From NCBI GenBank assembly GCA_964016885.1, contig OZ024742.1, positions 178,436,001 through 178,500,000 on the forward strand: a stretch of DNA of 64,000 nt. The letters are read 5' to 3'. The notes beneath the pieces were generated by a model that did not search any database, was not told the DNA's origin, and worked only from the letters and a program-made list of their open reading frames with translations. The translations under genes and the position numbers were made by a program. This stretch comes from Eledone cirrhosa. Its lineage: Eukaryota. Shown in pieces: positions 11,058 through 24,859 of the stretch (within the stretch, counting starts at the first letter, position 1; each line of letters starts with the position of its first letter).

Positions 11058-11924
11058 CCTTTTGATGCTAAACCTCCTGAAACCGCCCTTGCTTCTGTCA
11101 TGTAAAACGGTTTAAAATGTTTATATTTAATTTATCTATAAACCTTCCATCATAATTTTGTATAAGAACCTTTGGTATTTTTATAGACCCCCCCCCCCCC
11201 CCCCCATCGATTTCCGTGGGAAATATTTTTCTCCGCTTTTTTTTCGTGTGCTATCAATTAAACTTACCTCCTAATATAGTACAAAGGACTTTTCTCCCGT
11301 AAAGGGAGGGGGGAGAGGGTTGGACTTTTCACCTCCCTCCCACGAAGTTTTCTTTACAACTCTTTCCTTCCTACCGACATGATTCAAAGGGTCTTTTTTA
11401 TCCGGAAATCGGGGATGGAAGACCTTCGGAATTTTTACTCCCCTTCCCCTGAGGTTAAGGGGTAAATAAAACTGGAGAGAGTCAGGCCTGAGCGACCCCA
11501 CTCCACCCCCTGTTTCCGGAGGGGAAGGGGGACCCCCGGACATGTCCTTTGCGGCATGTTCGGAGGTAAGATTAGTTGGTAGTACACGAAAAAGAAAAAA
11601 AAACTAAGAAAAAATGGTAAAGAAAACTCCGGGTTGGGTGGGCTGAAAAGTCCAAGCGTCCGTCCTTTCCCCTTCCGTTTTCCGGGGAGAAAGTCCTTTG
11701 TAGCATATTCGGATGTAAGTCTAATTGATAGCACGCGCGCGGGGGGGGGGGGGTAAATATTTCTCACGGAGGGTGTTCTATAAATTTACTAAATCGTTTC
11801 AAACACCACTTCATCAGAAAGTTGGTTATTTTACTAAATCCTTCCAAGTTGTTGATTATTTTCGAAATAATTCAAAAATCATAGGCGATGTCTTGCATTA
11901 GAAATATGGTAACGAAACGGTTAA
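11058..11924 (+). mobile_element. TTAA piggyBac-like MITE family P2, split by a foldback insertion
   Basis: Left half 11058-11178 and right half 11786-11924 (ending AGAAATATGGTAACGAAACGGTTAA) match other P2 copies. Confidence 0.65.
11180..11785. mobile_element. GC-rich foldback DNA element with long terminal inverted repeats (unclassified)
   Basis: CCGTGGGAAATATTT/AAATATTTCTCACGG outer IR; GTGCTATCAATTAAACTTAC...CAAAGGACTTT IR of about 120 bp; a third internal arm copy at about 11545-11590. Confidence 0.75.
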
Positions 11925-12300
11925 TATGTTCTATTCAGCTTTTATGTACTTATATATGGGAAGATAAATACAAGTGGTGTGCATATAAAAACCATTAATC
12001 TGGATACCTAAATATGGAATGTTACGCGATGCCCCCCCCCCAGTCCCGGCGGACAGGATGGAGAAGGCGATCTCAGGGAGGATGGCAAGGGAGCCATGCT
12101 GGAAAAGCCACTCCAACTCGCGGGGTTCACATCTGCGGCTGGCCAGCTCAGCGCCTGGCTACATTCTGCCTCTGTTATATTGTTAGTGTTGTTGCTTAAG
12201 ACCAGGTGAACTCTAATCAAGTAGACCTTTAACCAAAGATATTCCACTTTCTTTTTAAGGATAAGACTACATTATCCAATATGTCTTTTCATTACTTAAC

Positions 12301-12545
12301 CCTTTGAATACCTACCTTACCAAAAGCTGCCTCTGGTTCTATGAAACAAAACCACCTTTTTAAAAGGGTTCTTATTTTAATTAAAACCTTTCAACATAAT
12401 TTTACATGAGAACATTTTATTATGTTACAAGTATAATAAACATTAAGAAATATTAATTTTAATGAATGCCTCTAAAGTCTTCATTTTTTAATCCAAATAC
12501 TGTGTATTTTATTAGAAATATTGTAGAAATATTGTATCGAATAGG
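12301..12545 (+). mobile_element. TTAA MITE family P2
   Basis: TTAA-CCCTTT start, GG-TTAA end, shared internal sequence. Confidence 0.65.
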
Positions 12546-12759
12546 TTAATAAGAAAGAACACAGATAACGGTTTCATTTGAGGGAGATATTACTTCTATT
12601 CTTAATAGATCAAGTCACCATATATAGTCTCCTTCAGTAGTTTGTACTGTTTATATACATGATAGTACCTATTATACTTAGTAGTAAGTCATCCACTGGT
12701 GTAAACTTAACAACAGCTGTGCAGCAGCAATCAATTAATTTAAGTGTGTCTCAGCTTGG

Positions 12760-13175
12760 AGGTATATCAGGCCAGAGATTATCTTGGTTTCATTGGTGTT
12801 AAATAATTAAAGTGTACAAGACTTCTCTTAGTCCATTACATAGTTAAGTCTGGCCCAAGTCCAGAAGCTTATGATGCTAGATGTTATCTCAGTTTCATTA
12901 GGGTTAAGCAACTAGGAGTGTAAATTACCCCCTTGGACATGACACCTGTTAATTAGAGTTAGTCTGTCCCAAGCCTGGAAGCTCATCAATCCAGTGTTTA
13001 TCCTGGTTTCATTGGTGCGAAGTGATTAAGAGTTCAAGATTTTCCCCTGGACTGGACCCCAGTCCATCACATGGTTAAAGTCTGTTCCAAGCTCGGAAGC
13101 TCCTCAGCCCAGAGTTTATCCTGGTTTCATTAGGGGTATTAAGAAGTCCAACACCCTAACCACTAAGCCACATCT
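12760..13175. repeat. Degenerate ~115-125 bp tandem repeat (about 3 copies), SINE-derived
   Basis: Repeated GGAAGCTCATC..CCAGAGTTTATCCTGGTTTCATTGG blocks. Confidence 0.6.
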
Positions 13176-14919
13176 TCAAAATCAATTGATAATATACAAT
13201 TATTGGCAATCAAGTATGACTTGGTGTCACTAATGGTTTTTAGATATCCATTTAGTTGCAAACATACACTGCCACTTTCTTCACCAACCTACTTTGAGCT
13301 AAGGTGTCACTCCAATATGTAGCACTTAGAAGGAAAGAGGGCTGCACTCCAGTATATTACTGGTATGTATTTTGTTGATCTTTGAAGGATGGAAGGTAAC
13401 ATTACTTTAGACTCTGAACTGAATGTTACAACCTACACCTGTGTAGGTTTAGCCAGACCCCTACAAGGCTGCATGTAGGTTTCATGAGTGTTTTAATGGT
13501 AGTTGTCCCAAGTTCTATCAGGTGTATGTATATGTAAAGTGGATGGAGATAGGAAGGGAATCCAACTGTAGGAAATGTGCCAAACATAGGAGAACCTTTC
13601 AGTTGTGTCAAAGACATAACTTCTCCAATGCTAGTGCCATGATAAAATGTATTCAGTAGAATGTGGGATAGTATGTAAATGTGATGCGAACCCCCAGCCT
13701 GTCTGGGAGGTCATTAACCCTGCTACAGTATTGTCTTGGTCTGAGAAGATGTCTAAACTTTGCTAGCAGGTAAAAGGGATGTTAAACGATGATAATTATT
13801 AGCTTATCCTCTAGAGATTTAATAGAAAATATTAAAAAGCAGATTGTTAATTCAAATTCATTATCCTATCTTTATTTATGGAAAAATTGTGGTGAAAATT
13901 TATATGCTGCATTCACAGTACTCTTTTGTACTTTGCAAGGATGTTTTGAATGTCTCTTAACATGCTATGCCATATGAAATCTCACTACGATTTCATAAGG
14001 TACAGGATGTTAAGAATTAGAATAACTGTAGGGTTATATACAATTTTTCAGTCAAAAGTAGAAATTTTCCATTGTAAAGTAGAACATTTTTTTTGTTTTA
14101 AAATCACAATCACTACCATCTACACTGCCACCAACACCACCAATACCACCAACACCACCAATACCACCAACACATACACCACTACCACCATCACCAGTAA
14201 CAATACTACCATTACCTCTGCCATCACCTGATGGTGTTGTTGGTGTTGGTGATTTTAGAATTTAAAAAAATGTTCTAGTTTTCATTAGAAAACTTGTACT
14301 AGAGATGGTAAAATGTTATATATTGCAAGTTTTAAAGGTGTAAAAGGTATGCACAGCAAATATGTGTAGTTTTAAATAAGAGAACAACACAATATGCAAG
14401 TACGATTTAGGAGATAAACTTGCTCTGTGTTAAGGTTGTAGATAGCAACAATAAGTACACATCGTTGGCAGACTGCAGGGAATCATATCAAGGTTCTAGA
14501 TGCACTAAGTGAACAAGAATATTTAACAGTAGGGAGCTCATATGAAATGAAGCCTACAAACTGCTGACATAAGGGGTTACTAGAAGTAGTATTTTGTTGC
14601 CTAGGTGATTTATAATTAATGTAGGAAGGGGTTGTAGTAAAAACAAAGATGTTGGAGAAAGGAAGGGGTGAAAGAAGTTTAGGGAGCTGTTAACTGATGC
14701 CAACAAAGGGTTTATGAAGTAATGTCTGTGTATGTAGGTGGGGGTCTGTGCATTGTCTCTAGACTAGCTAGAAATAGTAACCAAATTTCCATTAAATTGT
14801 ACCATAATGGCTTTAAAATGGAAGGATGCATTAGATAATGCTAGGAAAAGACAAGATGGTTATGGCTTGGTGCTAAAAACCAACAAAGGTTTTTTTATAG
14901 CTTAGTAATAGGAGAATGA

Positions 14920-15115
14920 ATGTATGTAGCTTACTGATTAAGGTGTTAAGTTCATGAGTTTGATTCCTAGATCAGACATTGTGATGTGTCCTTGAGCAAG
15001 ACAATTTATTTCATGTTGCTCCACTCCACCAGGCTGGAAACAAACGAGCTGCAACAATATCTCTGGTGCCAAACTGTATTGGCCTTTACCTTTCCTTTGG
15101 ACAACATTCATGTTG
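14920..15115 (+). mobile_element. CORE-SINE (family B head)
   Basis: GTGTCCTTGAGCAAGACA CORE block after a B-box-like GAGTTTGATTCC. Confidence 0.75.
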
Positions 15116-15374
15116 TAAAGAGTGGTTACTACTGCTCTTTCACAAAACACATCCTCGGTGCTACTTTACCCAAGTTGCTCAACTATTATTTATAGTAATC
15201 AACTATGATTGTCATTTGGGATACACACATTTCAAATGATATTGTTGAATTTTTGGACTCTAGGCTCTTCTTCCAGATATGGAACTCTTTCTGCAGCTCT
15301 TCTAAAAATTCTGTTATGGCAACCATATCTCTCTATATCAAGAACTCTAATAAATAGTAGGGAGCTAAAAACAG

Positions 15375-15500
15375 ATCCCTAATAAACACCTTCCTAAATA
15401 CTAAATCCCTTGTAAACACCTTCCTGAATACTAAATCTCTTGTAAACACCTTCCTGAAAACTAAATCCCCCATAAACATTGCCCTGAATATTAAATTCCT
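15375..15500. repeat. 30-bp minisatellite, about 4 copies
   Basis: CTAAATCCCTTGTAAACACCTTCCTGAATA unit. Confidence 0.85.
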
Positions 15501-16339
15501 AGTAGTTTGTTTCTTAGATAAGAACATCTCTACTTTTTCCTTTATCTCTCTGAGATAGTGCATCTATGTTTCCATATCTTGGTACAAACCTAAACTGTAT
15601 CTTAGCTGAAGTAATACTTTCTTTCATATTTCACTTCCATATTTCTAAAGAAATACGCTGTATTTAAATTAATCATTGAAGAATTTGAAGATATCTACTA
15701 AAATTATTATTTCATTATTACAGTAGTATTTGTAACATACAAGGCAGTGAATTAGCAGAGCTGTCAGAATGTTTTGTGGTATTCGTTCTGGCTCGCTACA
15801 CTCTTGAGTTCAAATCTCAATTTTGTCTTTCATCCTTTTAGAGTCAATAGAGTACCAGTCCAATACTGGGGTTAATTCTTCCTCCATATTTCTTTCTCAC
15901 TTCCTCTTTATAATTCTCTTCCTTCTCTGGAAGAAATCTGCTGTGTTCATATCTGGAGAGGGAATGAGCTCCACCAGGTTTAAATTAATCTCCCTAGAAA
16001 TGCTATATGTCACCACAGAACTCCTACAATTCCTCTAGAAGTTACAGTTTAAAAGACAGACAATTTATAACAATAACTTAGGAAAATATTCTTATATCAA
16101 GTTATGTTGAAAGATTTTAATTTAAATTGGAAGCTTTTAAAATGAGTGATTCTGATTCATAGAACCAAAGGCGGGATTTGGGGGAGTAGGTTTGTTATCA
16201 AAATGAATATATTGTATCTGTATCAACTTTGTTCATACTGTCTCTTGATCCATCAGTTTGAAGTCTCTGTACTGTCTTTATAACAATTTACGATGATTAC
16301 TGACTGCTAAGTAAAGGCCAGTTACAGGAGATAACAACC

Positions 16340-16590
16340 AACATCCTAGGTCTTTCACTGGCTCATTAACTAAGCAAGTCATTATCATATGACCTAAATA
16401 ATCTGATACTTTGAACATCACAGCAACTATCATTGATGAACCTAAAGTTCCCTACCTTCATATCCTTAATAGCCTTACCAACCATATTGAAAGTAACCTT
16501 GATAGCAGGCCCCCTCCTGTTGGTTCCTTCCTTCCAAACATATCCCTTATTCAACAGACTCACATTCTAACATTCCCATGCCTTTTTTTC
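16340..16590 (-). mobile_element. RTE-like LINE fragment
   Basis: GPAIKVTFNMVGKAIKDMKVG resembles the pre-RT linker of RTE ORFs. Confidence 0.5.
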
Positions 16591-17089
16591 TTTTACTGTC
16601 ATTGAGGGCAAGTAACACCAATGTTGTTTTAAACTTGTTTCTCTTCACTGATATCCTGCTTCTCTCTCACACACACACACACACATCACATGATACAAAC
16701 ACACGCCACACCATACACAGACACACTCACAACACAGTCATGCAATCTATGAATATTTGATAACTTTATCCTTATTGTGTACAACATTAATAACATCTCC
16801 TACTCACAGCTTCTTTTCCTGACTAAATGATACACCTGACAGCTTTCTTCCCACCTAATTATCTACCTTTCCAATATCCCTCATCTATCCACTTATTTCA
16901 GGTCTGGTACTTAGTAATTTTTCTGGTATTTGTTCCAGTTCTCTGCATTCTTTCTCTCTTCCTCTCTCACACTCTTTGTAAGAAATCAACACCTGGGACC
17001 ATCACTCATTAAACTGTAGTAACAAGATCATGTTCAGTTAGGGGCAGAAAAATCTGCTTTGAGGTCCCGGTCCCTCAAAATCCTTTGGA

Positions 17090-17535
17090 AAAATTATTCT
17101 CCACAAGAGCATTAAGTTGAAGCTTCTGAAGATTCTTGTGTGACTGCAAAACCTGGATACTAAAAACTGCTGATATTAACAAACTGATGTTGTTTGTGAC
17201 ATGTTACAAGTGGGCATTGCATATCAGTTGGATAGACAAATCAGTTTTGGATGTGATTGGAACATAGTGGTAGATGGTTGCAAATGCATGGAAGCAAATG
17301 CTATAATACTTTGGCAATGACATCAGGGCCATGAACCTCTGCACTCACATCCTTGAGAGATGCATCGATGGCAGAAAACTGAGAGGAAGACCAACAGAGT
17401 GGAGGGATGACATCAAGGGATGGATGGGCAGAATGTTAGCAGAGTGCACAGTTGTTGTGTGGGGAAAGGGGAAGTGGAGAGCATTGGTGAAATTGTCCAT
17501 GGTCCCTGATACTCTGTAATGAGGATGGAAAATAA
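17090..17535 (+). mobile_element. RTE (BovB-like) LINE 3' fragment
   Basis: ILERCIDGRKLRGRP..WRDDIKGW...W C-terminal motif. Confidence 0.65.
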
Positions 17536-18689
17536 AGAAGACTTCTTATAAACACTGTCCACTGTAATATCCTCTCCTATACCACCAACAATAGTTAATA
17601 TTATTGTTAATATATTTGGCTATATTTCTAATGAAATACACTCTATTTCAGTTACTTAATTAAGAATTTTGATAAATTTACTAAAATTATTTCATTACTA
17701 AATGAGTAACTTATTATATTCCTAAAAATTCCAGCACGATTATCACCATCACTATCATCATCATTGTCACAAGTTTCATGTGAACTTTTCCATACCGGCA
17801 TGGGTTGGATGAGATTTTTTGAGGCAATGTTTTACAGCTGGATGCTCTTCCTGACACCCACTGATTTTCTCATTTCATGACACACGGAGATACAGTGTAC
17901 ATACTCTAAATCGAATATACATGGTAATCAAAGTTGACCTGATGTCAATCAAATCATTTAATGGAACACATAACCATGAACGCTTTCTTTGTCAAAAGAC
18001 ACATGGAAAACTGCTATACCTGAGACATTGCGGTCACCATTGAAGCCACAGAGAGATCATGGGTAGTTTAAGAATTAAAGCTCTCCTTTTAAATTAGCAT
18101 TACATAGAACAGACTAGCCATTGTAACCAGTTCGTGCATGTCACACTTCATCCAGTGCTCAGTTAAACACACAGTACAGGAAACATTTCTGAGAACAAAT
18201 GTTTCCTGTATTGTTATCCTTTTTGCTCCAGTTCTATTTTTATATTTCTACCTGCATTGTACTGACATTTCCAACACTCTATTATATATTAGTCATCATC
18301 ATCATCATCGTTTAATGTCCATTTTTTTTCGATGCTCGCATGGGTTAGATGAGTTGTCACATCATGAGCCAAGCCAGATCAGGTGACTGTGTCATGCTCA
18401 TACTGGACTGATTTTGGCTTGGTTTCTATGGCTGGATGCCTTTCCTCCTAACACCAACCACATTTAGAGTGAACTGGGTTTTTTTTTTATTGTGACAGGG
18501 TGGACTGGGTGTTTTTTGTCATGGCTCCAGAAACGACCACTTTATAGTGTGGATTGGGGGCTGAGATGGGGAAGGTGAGTGGGAATTGGAGAGGTAGATC
18601 TAAGGTGGGGAACTTTTCAAGTGAGGGGTGGAGAAGTGTTAAGACGTTGGAGGTGTATGGAAGGAGGAGGTAAGGGAGAGTAGAGTGTA

Positions 18690-19700
18690 CTAGATGTATG
18701 ATTCAACCTGTGCACATGGAAAGGTGAGTCTTTTGTATTACTGCATAATGCCAGATCTCGAACCTGTGTCATCTCCTTTGAGAGGTGTAATTGTGCAAGG
18801 TCAGCCTTTATCACCTCATTGAAAGTCTTCATAGGTCTTCCTACTCTATAGCTTCCATCAACTTTGAGCACCCTACACCTTTTTATACAGCTGTCCTGCT
18901 TCATTTACATCACATGTCCATACCAACACAATCTTCTCTCCTGCACACTGCATTTGATTCTTCTTATGCCAGTTTCTCTTTTAATGCATTTCTGCTTTGC
19001 TGTTCATATACATTACTATTACACATCCATCAAAGCATGCAAGCTTCATTTCTTTCCAATCTTTGCAGGTCCTCTGCACATAGTACCCAGGTGTCACTAC
19101 CATGTCACATTGCTGTTTGTATACATGCATCATACAATCTGCCCTTTATTTTGAGGAAAAACCCTTTTGTAGCTAGCAGTGGTAGTAGCGCCTTTAACTG
19201 TTTCCATCCCATTCTCACTCTGGCTACTGTACTTTCGGAACACCCACTGCTCATTTGGTTACCCAGGTAGCAGAAGCTGTCGACTGACTCTATGGAACCT
19301 TCCAAGAATTTGATAGCACTTGTTTCCTGTGAGTATTACTTATTGCTTCTATGCAAGGGCCACATGTAAAAACCTAAATTCGTAGCTAACCTACCCAAGA
19401 TCCCACTACATCTCTTGTGTACCTATAGCTTGCATTTGGGACAGAGGATGGATTTTCTACACACTGAGCAGGGCCATTTCCCTGAAGGGATCAGGGCCTT
19501 GTATTCCTTGCTACTTACTTGAACTTCGGACTTTGCCAAGTTGACTTTAAGACCTTTTGGTTCCAGGTAAGGAATTTCTTCTCTAGTTCTGTCATAGATT
19601 CAGTTATGAGAGTTAGATCATCAGCGTGCAGGAGTTCCCATAGGCATCCTGTTTTAAACTCTTCTGTTACAGCCTGGAGGATGATAATAAACAGAATAGG
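18690..19700 (-). mobile_element. RTE-like LINE relic (RT C-terminal half)
   Basis: VDSFCYLG..ARVRMGWK..LLPLL..KIKGRLYDAC, GRPMKTF and an ADD motif near 19620. Confidence 0.8.
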
Positions 19701-19737
19701 GCTAAGGATTATATATTTATTATTATTATTATTACCA

Positions 19738-20145
19738 CAGGACAGTGGATTGGCAGAATTGGTAGAGAATCAGACATGCTTAGTAGCATATAGCTACGGC
19801 CCTTTGTGTTCTGAGTTCAAATCCTGCTGAGGTTAGCTTTGCCTTTCATCGTTACGGGGTCGATAAAATAAGACCACTGGGGTCAATTTAATCGACTTTC
19901 TTGTCTCCCCCAAATTTTTGGCCTTGTGCCTCAATCAGAAACCATTATTATAGGGCGGTGGATTGGCAGTATCGGTAAAGTGTCAGACACTATGCTTTGC
20001 AGCATGGAGTTATGGCCCTTTAGGTTCTGAGTTCAAATCCTGCCGCGGTTAACTTTGCCTTTCATCCTTACAGGGTCGATAAAATAAAGCACCAGTAATA
20101 ACTAGGGTAATTGCTGGCCTTGTGCTAAAAGTAGAAACAATTATT
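19738..20145 (+). mobile_element. Two tandem SINE-A copies
   Basis: Heads at about 19740 and 19952 (GGGCGGTGGATTGGCAG); tails GGCCTTGTGC...GAAAC(C/A)ATTATT. Confidence 0.9.
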
Positions 20146-22847
20146 ATTATTACAGATTAAAAGTTTAGGCAATTTCTGATTTCATCCTTATATCCTACTC
20201 ATATTGAGTCCTCTTCGGCTTTTGGTCTTTGTATTTATTATTATTACTACTACTACTACTTTAGATATATATATAAATATAAATTAGTGAGAATCGTATT
20301 TCGGCTATTGGAAATTAGCGAAAAACAACTTCCGAGATGTGTGGCAAGCGCTCAATAAATTCTAACGAACCAGAGCTACAACATACGTTAAAAGGCCAAA
20401 CACACTGAGACGATGGTTAAACCATTATCCACAGAGCCATAGAAATGACCAAGTAATTCGGGTCAAACAAATAAAAAAATATTATTGAAAAATTTACCCG
20501 GACCCCTGGATGGTTGGTAAAATCCAGCATTTGGGTTTCTGCGACTCCTAAATCAAGTACTGTCCGCTTAGACAAATAATGTTAAGCTTTTGGTAAGATG
20601 ATTGAACAAGGAAGTCACTTTCTCAACAGGCTTTTAGTTCAAGTGCCAGGCCAAGGATTGACCGTTACCAATACCCACGTGGGGCTCGACAAGGGAGGCA
20701 ACCCTTATTTTTGGCGGATGAATTCAGTATGTGTATTATTATTGCAAAATATCACAAAACGAATTAAGTTCTCAACATCATTTAACATCCATTTTCCACA
20801 CTAGTGAAGTTCATTTGAACCTTGTTCATTTCACTCCTAAGTTCAAATATACATTATTAACTGCAGAATCTATTCCTAACTTTACCTCTGACTCAGAAAC
20901 CTGTGAATTCAGAAACAACTTTAAAAACAACAACAACATCAGCACCAACAAAATATAATACCTCTCACTGATATAATCTCTCACTAATGTATAATCTCTC
21001 TTTCTGATAAAATACCAAAAACAAAACTAATACTTACAACCCACATGTAACATGATCACACCTTATCCTCCCAAATATGACTAGCTACAAATCTCCAACT
21101 TTTACACAAGTGGGCAGAGTATAAGATGAATAGTCTTATTAACACCTTTTTACAATCTGCACAAATTTGGTGAAATAACATCTGACAACATACATCCATA
21201 TACAGGAAATTTCTTTTTCTCAATCCCTTTTCATTACCAAACCGGCTGAAACCACCCCTGGCTCTAAGGTACAAAACTGTTTATTTTAAAGTGTTTATAT
21301 TCATAATAATTTTATGTAAGAACCTTTTAACTTTTAATATCCTGTACCACGTGAGACAGCATTAACAAAACATAAAAAAAAAACTACAAAGCAGCATTGA
21401 TTGCATTACATGAATAATTAAAGCCTTTACCCTAATTCTGCAAATTTTCACAATGATCTGTGAGCTGGTGTGACAAATAATTAACCCTGTAATGTAGCCA
21501 CAATAAAATGCTCCCAGTCCAGACTGGTTTGGGCTATGTTGGTATCAAAAGGGTTAATGCATAATCTTCAAAGATTTATTTAAGCTATTAGATATTTCAT
21601 TACTAAGATAGTAACTAAACATATGGTTCTTATATAAAATTATCTTGAGAAATCTTAATTTATATAGAAACCCATTAAAATGGGGGGTTTTGTTTCATAA
21701 ATCCAGTGCTGGTTTTTAACTGGGTTGGTATCAAAAGGTTTAAATGAATGAAATCAACCACAAGCTACAGTCTTGTGTATGGAAACATTGACAAAAGAGA
21801 GAAGGAATTAAGCAGTCATCATCAATAACATTTTATGTCTCTTTTCCATGCTTGTAGGGTTTAGACAGGTTGTCATGTTCTGAGGGTTGACCAGTGGAAT
21901 GACTAAGTATAGCTCATATAATCTGTTTTTGACTTGGTTTCTATGACTGGATGCACTTCCCAACACCTAACATTTTACAGTGTGAACTGGTAGCATTTTA
22001 ATGTGGCTACTATACAGGGTAAACTGACTCCTTTTTGTAATGGCACCAGCACCAGGTAGACTGGGTGCTTTTTATTGTGGCACCAACACCTTACATGGTG
22101 GATTGGGTGCTCTTAGACTGTGGCACTAGCACTACCACCACAAGTAGTTGATTAATTCATCTTAATGGTAACACTGGCCTTGTATAAAACTATAAGGTTC
22201 AGTAATGCACCTCTCTGAGGTCTGTAACCTATGTGGCTGCCTTGTTGGCCTTAATGGTAAAACTGGCCTTGTATAAAAATATGATCCTTTAAGGTTCAGT
22301 AATGCACCTCTCTGATGTCTGCACTCTAGGTTTAACTGCCTAGTTTGACCTTAATGGTAGAACTGGCACTGGGTGTATGAAAAGAGTGTATGTGGTCTGG
22401 CATTTCTGAAGAGCAGAAATGCCAGGCCACATACACTAGAGGAAGGAGAGGAGGCTGAAAAGGCAACAAGAACAACAACCAGAGGCTTATATCAAGCTAG
22501 AGTTATAGATACTTCTAAACTTCCATTGCAAATCATCCATTCTATTTTAAACATTCCCAACAGAATGTTCAGATTAATAATTCTTTCTTATATTGGCACA
22601 AGGCCAACAATTTGGGGGGAAGAGAAATCTTAATTATAACAACCCCAGTACTTGACTGGTACTTTAATGAGCTTTATATAGTGAAAAAATATAATAGAAT
22701 TCAAGCAAATAAATAACTCGTTTTGAATATGCCATTAAATGAAATGTTTTCTAGCATAGGCACAAGACCAGCAATTTCTTTTTTGCGGGGATTGATTATA
22801 TCAACCTCAGTATTTTACTAGTACTTAATTTTATAGACCCTAGAAGG

Positions 22848-23090
22848 ATGGCCACAAGCACGGGTATTGCCACTTGCAATACAGAAGAGAAGATAACCAA
22901 ATATCAGGGCTTGACTGGCCGCTTCATTTTCATGTCATTCACGAGTGAGACCTCAGGTGTCCTCAGTCCTCAAACTTCTGTTTACCTCTGTAAAATTGGA
23001 AAGACAGCAGTCCACCTGAGGTACAGTGGGTGTTGCTGGTTATTCTCTGCGGCAATGTATTTTCCAATTTGTCTGCGGGACACAGCTGAA
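22848..23090 (+). mobile_element. CRE-type non-LTR retrotransposon fragment (restriction-like endonuclease C-terminus)
   Basis: EEKITKYQGL..FIFMSFTSETSGVL resembles the E..K..KY..L..F.P...ET.G pattern. Confidence 0.55.
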
Positions 23091-23190
23091 ATATATCACT
23101 CAGACTAGGGTGTAAATGAGGTGTCGCTCCCTTCCACTTTCCTTTTCTTTTGTTGCTTAATTACTTTTTCTTCTCTGTTTTCTTATTTCC

Positions 23191-23241
<51 letters not shown>

Positions 23242-23249
23242 ATAACAGT

Positions 23250-23470
23250 CGATCAACAAGATCCCAAACCTCATTCGCTTAATGGACTGAGGAAACAATG
23301 TTTCCATTGGTCTTTCCAATTTCTAGTACTATCTGCTGGTTGCAAATCCAGGCAGAAGGAGCAAAAGTGTCTTGCTCAAGGACATAACGCATTGCCTGGT
23401 CCAGGAATCAAACTCACAACCTCATGATTACAAATCCAATTCTGTAACCACTCAGCCACACGCCTTCACA
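23250..23470 (-). mobile_element. CORE-SINE
   Basis: AAGTGTCTTGCTCAAGGACA plus tRNA-like head in reverse; homologous to 60570-60720. Confidence 0.8.
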
Positions 23471-24859
23471 ATTTATATCGTACAGTTTTTATTACATTTT
23501 CTTTTTACATGTAGAAAGCCTAACTAAATAACAGCCAAGTATCTTGTCCAACCCTCTACTGATACTGCCAACCTAGATTCTGTATACCCTATAACAACTA
23601 AGTCTCTAATTAACTTCATACTGCTCCACCTTCTACCCCCACCACATTTCTCTTCCTCTAGAATTACTAACTGATAATCATCTGCCCCCCCCCCCCCCGC
23701 TCTCTCCCACACGTGGTGGTGTGTGTGTGTGGGGGGGGGGGGGGAATTGTGGTAGATAACTGAGACAAAAACCAGTTTAATTTGAACTCAGTAGCAACAA
23801 CAACAACAAAGGGTCACACATCTTTTTTATATCACACACACCCCTATACATCCATCCCCAAGTGCCCCATTGCAGGTTTATCAATTGGCACCTATTGGGG
23901 AAAAATATCTCCACCCAAGATACCAACCAAAATACAGAGTTCATATATCCTGCTGCCCTCTACACATCATCATCATCATCATATCCAGCAACACAACTTC
24001 CCTCTTCTATCTCAAGCTATGTGAGAAGCCACTCTCATAAAACTCTTTCAACCTTGAGTCAACAAGAGAGCTTTTATCTGGTCACTTAACTTGCTAGAAA
24101 GAAGCTAAATATCCCTTAAAATCACACATTACTCATTTTTACCAAACTGCTTTGGTTCTATGATACAAATCTGTTTATTGTAAAGTTTTTATCATCATCA
24201 TCATCATCATTATTTAACGTCCATCCTCCATGCTAGCATTGGTTAGATGGGAGTTGTCCCAAGGTTGGTCGGGTGATCGTGTCTCGCTCGTATAGGACTA
24301 TCTGGCAGGTTTTCTACGGCTGGATGCCCTTCCTAACACTAACCACATTTACAGTGTTTATATTTATCTAAAATCCTTCCAACATAATTTTTTGTGAGAA
24401 CTTTCATTTACTTTCTCTCTAAACATTAACTGAATGAGAAAATTAGTTATATTATTAAATCCCTCCAAATTCTTGATTGTTTAAAATTATTTGAAAATTA
24501 TATACAATATATAACAAAAATGTTAGTGTTTGTGTTTATCTAAAAACCTTCCCTCATAATTTTATGCAAGCATCTTTAATAGGTTATTGTTCCAAATACC
24601 AACTTAATAATAAGAAAGTCATATTACTAAATCCCTTCAAACCCTTATTTAAAAGATTATTTGAAAATATGCAGTTTTTTTTTATTTAGAAATATGGTAG
24701 CAAAAGTGTTAAAATATGTAAATAACTCATTGAATACATTGATTGAGTACATAATGCTTGAGAGAAAGATGGTTATTCATGATTAGAACACTTGTTTTGA
24801 ATATGCCTTTGGTAATGAATCAGAGAAGCAATCTGTCTCTCTAATAGACAATCTGTCTC

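Noticed and set aside
20674-20689. tRNA-Lys-like 3' complement or LTR primer-binding site (CCCACGTGGGGCTCGA)
   Set aside because: Short gapped match, no TGG start, and no LTR or cloverleaf.
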